Shown: piece after piece, positions 1-11,955 of the stretch
Numbering within the stretch: the stretch's first letter is position 1
Layout of the letters: each line of letters begins with the position of its first letter
From: the human T2T-CHM13v2.0 reference genome, Homo sapiens
DNA length: 64,000 bases
Assembly (NCBI RefSeq): GCF_009914755.1
Contig: NC_060935.1
Reading direction: 5' to 3' (one strand)
The notes under the pieces: model-generated
What the model was told of the DNA's origin: nothing
Database searches by the model: none
The model's input: the letters and a program-made list of their open reading frames with translations, nothing else
Translations under genes and position numbers: made by a program

Positions 1-296
1 TTCTGGAAGCTGGAAAGTTCAAGATCAAGCTTTCTGCTGATACAGTTCCTGGTGAGGGCTCTCTCCCTGGCTTGCAGACGGTCACCTTCTCACTGTATTC
101 TCACATGGCAAAGAGAGCTCTGGTGTTTCTTCCTCTTCTTATAGGACAACCAGCCGTATGAGATTAGGGACCCATTCTTATGACCTCATTTAACCTGAAT
201 TTCCTCCTTAGAGGCCTCATCTCCAAATACAGTCACATTGGTGGTTAGGCTTCCACCTATGAATTTTCCAGGGGAAACACTATTCAGACCATAGCA
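1..296 (-). mobile_element. MaLR solo LTR, MLT1A/MLT1A0-like (truncated by window start)
   Basis: Ends ...ttcagaccatagca, the reverse complement of the MLT1A-type start TGCTATGG(A/T)CTGAA; typical internal motifs (ctccaaatacagtcacattg, tgacctcatttaacct). Confidence 0.75.
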
Positions 297-2439
297 CTCT
301 GAGAAAGGGAAATGAAAAAGGAATGGGATTGGAAGATACATGGAGAGTTTTGAGACTATATACAGTGTTTTTCTTTTAAATAAATAAATAAATAAATACT
401 TGAAGCCAGTGTGGCAAAATTTGAAATCTAACAGGGTAAGATATATATGAGTTCTCGTTATATAATTCTCTATGATCAAAATATTTTTAAAAACAAGAAA
501 AAACCAAGCACGAACTTGTTTAGATTTTACTAGAGTGTAAGCTCCACATGGGCAAGGATTTGTTCCCTACTATACCCACATTCCTTAAAGCAATGCCTGG
601 TCCAGAATTGGCATTCGTTATATATTTGTTGAATTGAATGAAAAGCAATGGATAGGAAATTAACTTGTATCATTCCTGAGCCAAAAATGCTCAACAACCT
701 TAAGGTAATGTTGTATTCATTGTCTAGGATTTATTTCCATAAATGAATATTAAAAATCACCTTAACATACAGGAAATAACGGCCTAAGTATCAAAATGAT
801 AATAGTAGTGAACCCAGGTGTGAATGCAATATCTTAATTTATCATAGAATTGATGTGTCAGAGGTTTGGGATTAAACTTGACTTTTTAAAATATTATTCA
901 TGCCAATTACATTCCCTTCTAAGGAAATACGACTTCCCCCCAGCCCTGCTAAGGGATGGCAGCAACGATATCTAACGTAGTGCCTGTCTCTCCGTGACTG
1001 TAACTGATGGAATCAATGTGGGCACCTGAGCTTGGAGTGCCTCATCTTTTAGCTCACCAGCAAGCTATGAACTGGGTGAACTGTTTCAAAAGAATAAGCT
1101 GAGACAATCAGATGCCTCTCTAGTAAAAGAGTTCATGGAAACTGACAGATGGAGCAATTGACAGCAAAGGCAGAAACTGAAAATTAAGAACTGTCATAAA
1201 GTAGAGGAAGTTGAGGCAATCATGGTGGACCAGGTAAAGGCCAAAGTTATAAGAAAAATGAAAAGTTTGCATATAAAAATGCAGATGAAGGCAAATGGTA
1301 AGGGGAGGAGCATAGAACAGACAGAAAAAGAGATGTTGAGAGAGACGGAAAGAGAAAGGAAGGCTGAGATCATTCCTAAATCAACCTAACTAAAAATCAT
1401 CTCATCAACCTCCTTATTTTATAAGCCTAAAAATTGATAAGTAGCTGACTTGCCCAAGGTCAAGAGTGATGGGGAAAACACCCTTGCTTCAGTCTTTTAA
1501 TCTTACTTCGTGCTTCTCAAATTCTATAATGACTCCAGTGATGAGGAGAGTGATGAGGGCTCAGAGGGCACAATCTAAATACGAAATTCCTCTGAAGTTG
1601 CAGTCTATTCCATGGCACCTCTGCTTTAATATATGATGATATTTAAATGCATGGTATATGGAAGTGTATCACACTTGATCTTGTGGTTCTCTACTCTGCT
1701 CAGCACACTGCATATACTCCCAGTTTGAGAAGAAGGCTCTATCACAATCCAGGACTATCTTCATTCCCACATCTGGCAGTTTCAGGTGGAATTCTTTGAA
1801 TGTGAACTCTCTCCAAGCGTGTAATAGACATTCATTTGGACAAGATCAGATAGATGGACTTCAGGTGGACTCTTGCCTGCAGAGTTATCACCTATACTTA
1901 TGAGTCCCTAAAGCCTCCAGCCTTCTGGAGTCAATCTTCCCTTTAACAGCTTGTTTCAGCAGCGTGACCATCATCATTTCATATGCTGTGAGATGGCCAG
2001 TATCCTCCCCAGGAGGCGGTGCCTATGTTGTCATTGGCTCCCTTCACCTCAGTGAGCTCTTCCTACCAAAATCTGAATCTGCAAGTCGAACACTAAGTAC
2101 ACCCCTAGAAGACAGCTGCATTGCTGCAATGTCCAGCAAATAACTGGAGCACCAGACACCTTTGTTCTTAAATGTTCCCAGATCACCTCTGGAATCCTGT
2201 TTATATCTTATCCTGCTACTTGCCCCCAGAGGCTTCACCCCTTCCCTGGGGAGGTCTCTAAGCAAACTTTAAACTCCCCTCTCTTTCTTGAACAGAGCAG
2301 CTCAGATCTCTGTTGGTTCTGCTCTTCCTTTTAGGCCCATGTCCTGTGGGCATCAGCTCCCATTGCCAAACAGGTCCATTTATGCATTTTGCAGAAAGAA
2401 AAAAACATTTACCCAAGTTAAGGGAAGTTTACAATATTA

Positions 2440-2800
2440 CATTGTAAGGTCAGGGTAGGCCTCACTGAAAATATGAGATTTCAACAAAGACCTTAAGGGC
2501 ATGGAGCAGCTGGCTAAGTCATTTTCTGGAGATAGAACATTCACAGGGGGAAGAGCAAAAGTCCTCTGGCAGGAGGGGAGCTGGTGGGGGCAAGGAGAGA
2601 GAGTAGAGAAGGAGATGGGAAAGGCAAAGAGGGTATGATCCGGTCACAATATGCTTGCAGCATATTGTGTGGACTAATGGGAACCATTCTGAGGTTTTGA
2701 GCCAGAGAAGTGACATGATCTGACTTTGGTTCAAAGGACTCTGCCTGAGCAGCTTGAGAAGGCATCTTTGTGTGGGGTCAGCCTGGCACGGGATGTCAAA
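2440..2800 (-). mobile_element. L2 LINE relic (further pieces at ~3920-4110, ~4570-4640, ~5160-5390)
   Basis: Characteristic antisense L2 phrases (ggcctcactgaaaa..gagattt, gaggttttgagccagagaagtgacatgatctgact); boundaries approximate. Confidence 0.55.
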
Positions 2801-2869
2801 GCCCATGCAAGGAAAGGGTATCATCCTAGGCAGTAACAACCTGGTGAAGATAATCAGAACCCTGAGAGA

Positions 2870-3905
2870 AATGATGTCTGTGTAGGGGAGGGGTTGCAAT
2901 GAAAAAGAACCAGCATGCCTTGGAGAAATGCCTGATTCCAAGGCTCAGACAGGGAAAGTATAGGATGGGCCTGGAACATCTCACTGTGCCAGAAGCCAGA
3001 AAGTGTTCAAAGAATGATGGGGACAGGGCAAAAGGACACAGATGCCAGCTTTAAATGGTTTCCTCTAGCCAAATTAAGATCCATTCAAACATCAAAATAA
3101 TGATAGCAATTAGTAAAGTAGGAATAAAATAATAAAATGAATAACATTAGATAACATTAAATGAAAAGTGGAATAAAATAAACCTTGAGTCCATACAAAT
3201 TTAAATAAATACAAGGATAAATTAATGTATGATGAGAAATGAAATAGTTACATAGTTTCCAAGTAACTTCATGCAAAATATTCATTAATTACAAAGAAGA
3301 AAATAGTAACTTTATAGTGGAGAAAATAGGCAGAAACCAAGATATCAAATTGAACCTCATCAGGAATAGAACAAATTAAAGTTTTGTGCCACCTTATAGG
3401 ATAGAACAAGAAAAACATGGCTAACTTATGTAATGTTTCTGCCACTGAAGCATAGTCTGGATCTATTTATGAGGAAACGTGAGACAGATCCACATTGGGA
3501 AACATTTTACAAAATAACTGGTCTGTGATATTCAAAAGTATCAAGGTCTTAAGAGTCAAGGAAAGATTGGTCTAAAAAGACATGACAACTAAGTGCAACC
3601 CACGATGTAGAACTGATCCTGTTGTTATAAAAGGCATTATTGGGACCAAATTGGTGAAACTTGAATGTGGTTTGAGGATTAAGTAATGGAGATGCATCGT
3701 TGTTAGTTTCCTGATTTCAGTGTTGTATGGTGGTTACACAGGACAATGTCCTTGTTTGTAGGAAATATACACTAAAATATTCAGGAGGAGAGGAGTGATG
3801 AGAATTGGGTCAGCAATTTATGCTTAAACGGTTCCAGAAACATGAGTTATTTGTATTGAACTTGCAACTTTTTCTGTAACTTTGCATTTATTTCAAAGTA
3901 AAATG
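2870..3905 (+). mobile_element. L1MC-type (L1MC3/4-like) 3' end
   Basis: Recognisable L1MC 3'UTR motifs (cttggagaaatgcctgattcc, ggacaatgtccttgtttgtaggaaatatacactaaaatattc, cttgcaactttttctgtaactttg). Confidence 0.6.
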
Positions 3906-4118
3906 ATAATAAAAGGAAACTTTAAGCTGCAGTATTGAGACTACCAATAGGGGTAGAGAGGGACTATTTAAGAGGCAATGACAGCCTCCCAAAGGTGAGA
4001 GATGAGGGTGGTTTGAAACAGACGGTAGCTCTGGCAGGGGCAGGAAGGGAATCCGATTATGGATATACAGCATACCGAAGATGCTGCATGATTTTCTGAT
4101 GGATTAGACGACAGATAT

Positions 4119-4433
4119 GAAGGAAAGAAAGAAAAAAAGGAAGGAAGGAAGGAAGGAAGGAAGGAAGGAAGGAAGGAAGGAAGGGAAGAAGGAAAGAAAG
4201 AAAGAAAGAAAAAGAAAGAAAGAAAGAAAGAGAAAGAAAGAAAGAAAAGGAAGGAAGGAAGGAAGGAAGGAAGGAAGGAAGGAAGGAAGGAAGGAAGGAA
4301 GGGAAGGGAAGGAAGGAGGGAAGAAAGAAAGGAAGGAAAGAAAGAAAGAAGGAAAGAAAGAAAGAAAGAAAGAAAGAAGGAAAGAAAGAAAGAAGGAAAG
4401 AAAGAAAGAAAGAAAGAAAGAAAAGAAAGAAAG

Positions 4434-4469
<36 letters not shown>

Positions 4470-4474
4470 AAGAG

Positions 4475-4557
<83 letters not shown>

Positions 4558-4569
4558 GAGAAAGAAAGG
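4119..4569. repeat. 451-bp uninterrupted homopurine compound microsatellite (GGAA)n/(GAAA)n/(GA)n
   Basis: Only A/G on the + strand from 4119 to 4569; perfect (GGAA)11 at 4139-4182 and (GGAA)13 at 4249-4300, followed by GAAA runs. Confidence 0.97.
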
Positions 4570-4643
4570 CAGATATTCAACGATTCCAGTGTCTGGGGCC
4601 TGAGCAACTAGAAAGATGGAGTTAACATCAATGACCCAGAAAA

Positions 4644-5151
4644 GGTTATAGTTCCACCCTCTGCCTCCTTCCATTCCTCCCCCCTTGCTTTCTTTCTGTG
4701 TCCTGACTGAAAATCACAGAGTGCCTTGACCATTCTGTGACCCAGCCAGCTGCAGGTTTTTCCCAGCAGATGTGAGCCCAATCCAAGGCATTAAACATTC
4801 CCAGGCGCTGATAAAGGTATCTAGGCTGTTCCCCAAAACACTGAAAGAAACTGGCCTCAGCTGAGTCAAATTCCTTAAACCCTCATATAAAGCCCATGCT
4901 CTGAGCCCCTTGCAGCAGACACACCTACGTAGAACACCCGTCTCCCCTTGCTCTCCGCACCAAGGATTGCTGCAGCACTCTGTATAAGTTTCCTTAGTAA
5001 ATGCTTTGAACTGGTCACCTGGCCTTCAGTGCTTCTTTCTTTAGAAATCTAACCAGTTCCATCTCCAGACGGGTTGAGAGACTCCCTTGTGGGAATTCCC
5101 CTGCCCCTACTTCCGGGATGATTCTAGCAACAGATTTGGCAGTATGAAACA
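4644..5151 (+). mobile_element. ERV solo LTR, LTR47/MER72-like
   Basis: About 500 bp, ends in ...gaaaca; TATAAAG at 4886 and a degenerate polyA signal (agtaaa); resembles the recalled LTR47 consensus (cacagagtgccttgacc, gataaaggtatctagg). Subfamily uncertain. Confidence 0.6.
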
Positions 5152-5467
5152 GTACGGCGGACTGAAAGCAGGGTATGGATGGGAAGATCAAGAGTTCAGC
5201 TTTTAATCTATTGAGTTCAATATGTCTATTGGATATCCAAGTAGATCAATTAGACTTTGGAATATATGAGTACAGAGTTCAGAAGAGAGGAGTTTGGGAT
5301 GAGATATAAATTTGAGAGTAGTCACCATATGTAAGTTGGAAAACTAGATGAAATCATTAAGGATATGACTATACATAGAAGAGAGAAGAAGACCATATCC
5401 AAGGATCCAGATTTATATATATATATATAAAATCTCCAAACATTTATTACTTTAAAAGAAATATATC

Positions 5468-5803
5468 AGCCGGGCACAGTGGCTCACACCTATAATCCCA
5501 CACTTTGGGAAGCCAAGGCAGGCAGATCATTTGAGGTCAGGAGTTTGAAACCAGCCTGGCCAACATGGTGAAACCTGATCTCTACCAAAAATATAAAAAC
5601 TTAGCTGGTGTGGTGGCATGTGCCTGTAATCCTACCTACTCGGGAGGCTAAGGCAGGAGAATCACTTGAACCCAGGAGGCGAAATTTACAGGGAACCAAG
5701 ATCGTGCCACTGCACTTCAGCCTGGGCGACAAAGTGAGACTCCATCTCAAGAAAAAAAAAAAAAAGAAAAAGAAAAGAAAAAGAAAAACAAAAAAAGAAA
5801 AGG
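5468..5803 (+). mobile_element. AluS-type SINE
   Basis: Full dimeric Alu, A-rich tail, TSD aaaagaaatatatca on both sides. Confidence 0.95.
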
Positions 5804-5819
5804 AAAAGAAATATATCAG

Positions 5820-6416
5820 CTTTATTCATAATTGCCAAAACTTGGAAGCAACCAAGATGTCCTTCATTGGATAACTGGATAAATCAACTATAGTGCATCC
5901 ATACAATGAAATACCATTCAGCACTAAAAAGAATTGAGCTATCATATAATGTAAAGACATGGAAGAGACTTAAATACATGTTGCTGAGAGAAAGAAGGCA
6001 ATCTGAAAAAGCTATATACTATATGATTCCAACTACATGACATTCTGGAAAAGGCAAAACTATGGAGACAGTAAAAAGTTCAGTGCTTGCCAGAGGTTAA
6101 TGGAGAGAGACAGATGAATAGGTGGAACATAGAGGATCTTTAGAGGAGTGAAATACTCTGTATGGCACTGTAACAGTGGACACATGTCATTATACATTTG
6201 CCCAACCCATAGGATATACAATACCAAGAGAAACCCTGGTTATAACTAAGGCAGCTGGGTGATGATAATGTGTCAATGTAGGTTCATAAGTTGTAACAAA
6301 GGTAAGTAACTCTGGTGGGGGATGTTGGAGCGTGAAGTATATGGGAACTCTCTGTATTTCTATTTTCAATTTTGCTGGGAACCTAAAATTACTCTTAAAA
6401 ATAGACTTTTTAAAAA
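5820..6416 (+). mobile_element. L1MC1/2-like 3' end
   Basis: tttattcataattgccaaaacttggaagcaaccaagatgtcc...gacattctggaaaaggcaaaactatggagacagtaaaaag, typical of the L1MC 3'UTR. Confidence 0.75.
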
Positions 6417-7624
6417 GAGATACTTATAATAACATTTAAAAAGTTTGTCTCTTTGATTTGCCACATCAAACTTATAGTTCTGATAAGCTGAACAATCTTA
6501 TACAAAATTAAAAATATATATACTTGTCTCCTAAAGATACCTAGAGAAAAAGAGAGGAAGATTAGTTATGCTGAATATAGCTTTTGCTTTAAAATTAAAT
6601 TCATCTTTTTAAAATGCCACTTGTTTATAATAAAATGACCAGTGACTTGTATTGGCCTGAACAGTTCTGTATTTTACCTTCTTGTCTCAGTGGCCCTCTG
6701 TCTTAGATTCTATAACAGATCATTGTCTTAAGGGCCCTGCCAAAGGCTACCTAACTCTAGGATACAAATGTCAGTCTCATCTCATGAGTGGGGATCTGAA
6801 GTCAGAAACAGAGAGAAAGGAAGGGAATGATTTTGCAGATTTTCATGTAGTAGACACAGTAGATTATAGTAGACAAGTAATCAATATTTGCTAAGAGAAT
6901 ATAGACATATAATTGATACTAATTGATGATAGAAAGAATGAATGTGTTTATTAATTTGCAAAGTGATTGGAATGCTCAGCTTATACTCAGGACTTTTTTT
7001 CTCATTAAATTTTAGACTTGGAGGTTGTACCCCTCTGGGCTTATTTAATTTCCTACATAAAATAACATTTTGCCTTGAATATTTATCAAAAATTTAAAGT
7101 ATCTTAAACATCCTTAAACCAATTCTGCTTTTCCATTTCCCCATTATTGTCAATAATGTCATCCTTTTGTTCTCATGGCATAATATGCATGGAGCTGCTC
7201 TATGTGCCCTGACAGTGCAGCGACTCCACTCCATGTTAAGCTCAAGAGACACTTGAGCCATAAAGGACAAAGTTGTGGCCTTAGCCAACAGAGCCCTTGC
7301 TCCCCAAACAGTACAATCTATGACATAATCCACCAGGAAGTCCCAAGCCATTAGTTAAAATGTGGAACTTCAGAGAAAGGGAGTGTTTGTTTTCACAAAG
7401 AAATCTTGATGATTCTTCCTGACTTCAGCCTGTCCTCTGTCCCTTTACTTTCTCAGTACCTCCACTCTGGCCAGAGTTTGCCCCCATCTGCCTGCCTGCC
7501 TCCTGCTTCTTTCAGCTGCCACAATTCCATACCGTACTTTGCCCACTGGGACTTTCCACACTGGTAAGGAAGCAAAGTAGAAACCAAAGCAAAATGTGCT
7601 GAACAGACCAAACACACATTCATA

Positions 7625-9090
7625 TGGATAAGGGTATAATCCAAGCTATAAAACTCTTAGAAGAAAACAGGGGGAAAAGCTTCATGACATTAAATTTAGC
7701 AATGATTTCTTGGAGATGATACCAACAGTATAGACCAAAAAAAAAAAAAAAAAGAAAAGAAAAATAGATAACTGGACTTCATCAAAATTAAAAACTTTAG
7801 GCCGGGCATGGTGGCTTATGCCTGTAATTCCAACACTTTGGGAGGCCGAGGCGTACAGATCACTTGAGGCCAGGAGTTTGAGACCAGCCTGGGCAACATG
7901 GTAAAACCCTGTCGCCACTAAAAATACAAAAATTAGCCAGATATAGTGGTGCATGCCTGTGGTCCCAGCTACTCAGGAGGCCGAGGCAGGAGAATTGCCT
8001 TAACCTGGGAGTTGGAGGTTGCAGTGCGCCAAGATTGCACCACTGCATTCCAACCTGGGAGACAAGAGTGAAAAACTCAATCTCAAAAATATAAATAAAT
8101 AAATAAAAACTTTTGTGCATCAAAGGACACTATCAACAGAGTGAAAAGGCAACACACAGAATGGGAGAAAATCATACCTGATAAAGGATTAATATCCAGG
8201 ATACATTTAAAATCCTACAACTCAAGAAAAACAACAACAACAAAAATCTGATGAAAAAATGGGTCAAGGACATGAACAGACATTTATCGAAGGGTATACA
8301 AATGACCAAATAAGCACATGAAGAAGTGCTCAACATCACTACGCATTGGGGAAATGCAAATCAAACCACAGTGAGATACCACTTCATACCCTTAGGATGG
8401 CTAGCATAAAAACAAAACTAAACAAAAATTAACCAGTGTTGGCAAGGATGTGGAGAAATTGCTGTATGTTGCTGGTAGGAATGTAAAATGGTGCAGCCAC
8501 TGTGGAAAGTGGAATGGAAGTTCCCCGAAAATTACATATAAAATTACATAATCCAGCAATTCCATTTCTTGGGTATATACCCAAAGGAAAGAGATATTTG
8601 TTCACCAGTGTTCATAGCAGCATTATTTACAATAACTAAAAGACAGAAACAACACAAGTGTCCATCAATAAGTGAATGGATAAACAAAATGTACTATATA
8701 CATTTAATGGAATTACGCAGCCTTTTGGAACAAAATTCTGTGACATGCTACAACATGGGTGAACCTTAAAGGTATTATGTTTAAATGAAAGAAGCCAGTC
8801 ACAAAAGGACAAATATTGTATAATTCTACTTATTTGAGGAACCTAGAGTAGTCAAATTCCTAGAGACAGAAAGTAGAATACTGACTCCCTTGGGCTGGAT
8901 GAGGGGTGAAATGAGGAGTTAGTGTTTATCAGGTGCAGGGTTTCAGCTGGGGAAGGTGAAAAGGCTTTGGAGATGGATGGTGGTAACAGCTGCACAGTAA
9001 TGTGAATGTAGTTAATGCCACAAAACTATACACTTAAAAGTGGTTAAACTAATACATTTTGTTATATATATTTGCCACAATATAAAATAT
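7625..9090 (+). mobile_element. L1MB-type 3' segment (ORF2 end + 3'UTR), interrupted by an Alu
   Basis: ctataaaactcttagaagaaaac, gaaatgcaaatcaaaccacagtgagataccac, ccagcaattccatttcttgggtatatacccaaa. Confidence 0.8.
7800..8105 (+). mobile_element. Alu SINE inserted in L1MB
   Basis: Dimeric Alu with (TAAA)n tail, TSD aaaaacttt. Confidence 0.95.
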
Positions 9091-9095
9091 AATCT

Positions 9096-9401
9096 GGCTG
9101 GGCGCAGTGGCTCATGCCTGTAATCCCAGCACTTTGGAAGTCCAAGGCAGGGTGCATCACTTGAGGTCAGGAGTTTGAGACCATCCTGGCCAACATAGTG
9201 AAACCCCGTCTCTACTAAAAATACAAAAATTGGCCAAGCATGGTGGCACATGCCTATAATCCCAGCTACTTAGGAGGCTGAGGAGGGGAAATGCTTAAAC
9301 CCAGGAGGCGGAGGTTGCAGCAAGTCAAGATGGTGCACTGCACTACAGCCTGGGTGACGGAGCGAGACTCAGTCTCAAAAAGAAAAAGAAAAGGCAAAGA
9401 A
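9096..9401 (+). mobile_element. AluS-type SINE
   Basis: Dimeric Alu, TSD aaaatataatct. Confidence 0.95.
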
Positions 9402-9849
9402 AAAATATAATCTAACTTAAGACATAATATAAGACATACCAGTCTTGAATTTTATTAATCTCAAAACATAAAATAAAATAGAAAAAAGTTATAAAAAAAT
9501 AAAAGAAAGGGAAGTCCTAGCCGATGTAATAAAGCAAGAACATAAGATAAAATGCGTAAGTATTGGAAAGGAAGAAGCAAAACTATTGTTATTTATAGAC
9601 AGTATGATTATTAAAATCCTATTGAATCTACCCAAAACAAACACTAGAATTAATAAGTGAAATTAGAATTCTTGGAGCATATAAAAAGTCTAATTTTTTG
9701 CCACCTATTTGCCTATTTGCCTATTGCCTATTTGCCTAGTTGTCCTATTTGCCACCAGCAAACAACTGGAAAATAAAGCTTTTTAAAAATACCATTAAAA
9801 AATATCAAATCCCTAAAAAGGTATCCAGTGAAAAATATGCAAGATTTTA

Positions 9850-11102
9850 GGGCGGCCATGGACGACAAGGAGGAGATGTACCAGCTCTGGAAAATCCGCA
9901 AGACCATCATGCAGCTGTGCCATGACCGTGGCTACCTAGTGACCTAGGACGAGCTTAACCAGACACTGAAGGAGTTCAAAGTCCAGTTTGGGGACAAGCC
10001 AAGTGAGGGGCAGCGGCGGCGCACGGACCTCACCGCGCTGGTGGCCCACAACGATGACCCCACCGACAAGATGTTTGTGTTCTTTCCAGAGGAGCCCAAG
10101 GTGGGCATCAAGACCCTCAACGTGTACTGCCGGCGCATGCAGCAGGAGAACATCACGCGGGTCCTCATCATGGTGCAGCAGGGCATGACGCCCTCCGCCA
10201 AGTAGTGCCTGGTCCACATGGCTCCCAAGTACATCCTGGAGCAGTTTCTGCAGCAGAAATTGCTCATCGACATCACAGAGTACGAGCTAGTCCCTGAGTA
10301 CGTTGTCATGACCAAGGAGGAGGTGACAGTGCTGTTGGCCCTATATAAGCTCCGAGAGAACCAGCTGCCCAGGATCCAGGCGGGGGACGCCGTGGCGCGC
10401 TACTTTGGGATAAAGCATGGGCAGGTAGTGAAGATCATCCGGCCCAGCGAGATGGCAGGCAGGTACCTCACCTACCGGCTCATGCAGTAGCCACCTCCCT
10501 GACAGCCCCTAGAGGCAGACACACGGACAATGACCCCCGTCACCTGCAGGATGGATGCCCCTGCCCTGCCGGAGTCTAGCCCCCCAGCTCTCTCCCGGCT
10601 GCTCCTCCTCTGGGCTCCCCAAGGCAGGCAGCCTCCACTCAAGAGCTCCCATCCTGGGATGAGTCTTCCCATGGCCCAGCCCGTCCCATTCACCTGTGTA
10701 TTTATGCGAGATCCAGCCTCAGGAGGTACAAGACCCCCACAGGGAGGTCACCTGGGGGCAGCTGGTGCCTGGCGTCTTCGCCCAGACTGCACTGGGTCCA
10801 CAGTGTTGGGGGTTTGGGGCCCGTGTCTCCCACCAGCCACTGCTTCCTCCCGGGCTCTCAGCCTCCCACCCCTCGTCTTCCCTACCTCAGTGGCCCTGAT
10901 GCGTGGTGGCCCCCACCCAGTCTTGGCTCCTTACTCCATTCACAACTGCGCAGGCTCTCAAGCCACCACGGTGTGAGATTCCAACTCAGCAGAGTTTTCG
11001 GTTGTTGTAGGAGGTTGGGTGTTTTCAAACATTAAAGACATTTTGAGTAAATAAATTTGTATGTATGAGTAAATACAAATAAATTTGTATGTATGAGTAA
11101 AT
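9850..11102 (+). pseudogene. POLR2E: Processed pseudogene of POLR2E (RPB5/RPABC1, shared subunit of RNA Pol I/II/III)
   Basis: Intronless 9858-10490 translates [32 protein letters not shown]...[23 protein letters not shown]...[10 protein letters not shown], colinear with 210-aa RPB5 (211 codons, no frameshift). In-frame TAGs at 9945-9947 (Q30) and 10203-10205 (Q116). 3'UTR with AATAAA at 11050; TSD aaatatg(c/t)aagatttta at 9833-9849 and 11103-11119. The symbol given is the parent gene. Confidence 0.96.
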
Positions 11103-11120
11103 AAATATGTAAGATTTTAT

Positions 11121-11275
11121 CCAGGCACAGTGGTGCATACCTGAAATCCCAACCTCCTAGAGGACTACTTGAGCACAGGAGTTTGAGGTCAGCCTTGACA
11201 ACACAGTGAGTGCCTCTCTCTGTCTCTCTCTCTGCTCCCTCCCTCCTCCCTCTCTATCTCTCCTGCTCTCTCTCT
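11121..11275 (+). mobile_element. Old Alu monomer (FLAM/FAM-like) followed by CT-rich low-complexity tract
   Basis: ccaggcacagtggtgcatacctgaaatccca...caggagtttgaggtcagcc, then (CT)n. Confidence 0.7.
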
Positions 11276-11543
11276 GATTTCTAACTGAAAGCTGCAAAAC
11301 ATTGCTAAAGGAAATTAATGAAGAACAAATAAATGTTTATGGACAATTCTCTGAAAGCTGGAATGTTAAGATGTCCATTATTTTAAAATTGATATATAAA
11401 TTCAATACAATCCCTATTAAAATTACAGTCAATTTTTTGTAAAAATTGACAAGATGAGTCTAAAATTTATACAAAAAAGCAAAGGAACTAGAAACAACTT
11501 TGAGAAATTACTTAATTTTAAGATTTACTAAAAAGCTACAATA

Positions 11544-11955
<412 letters not shown>

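Noticed and set aside
4057-4674. Long ORFs (205, 167 and 164 aa; FLSF- or KERK-repeats)
   Set aside because: Artefacts of the stop-free purine microsatellite; no protein-like complexity.
9936-11035. Antisense and alternate-frame ORFs over the POLR2E retrocopy and the 148-aa ORF in its 3'UTR
   Set aside because: Shadows of GC-rich retrocopied sequence; no recognisable homology or promoter.
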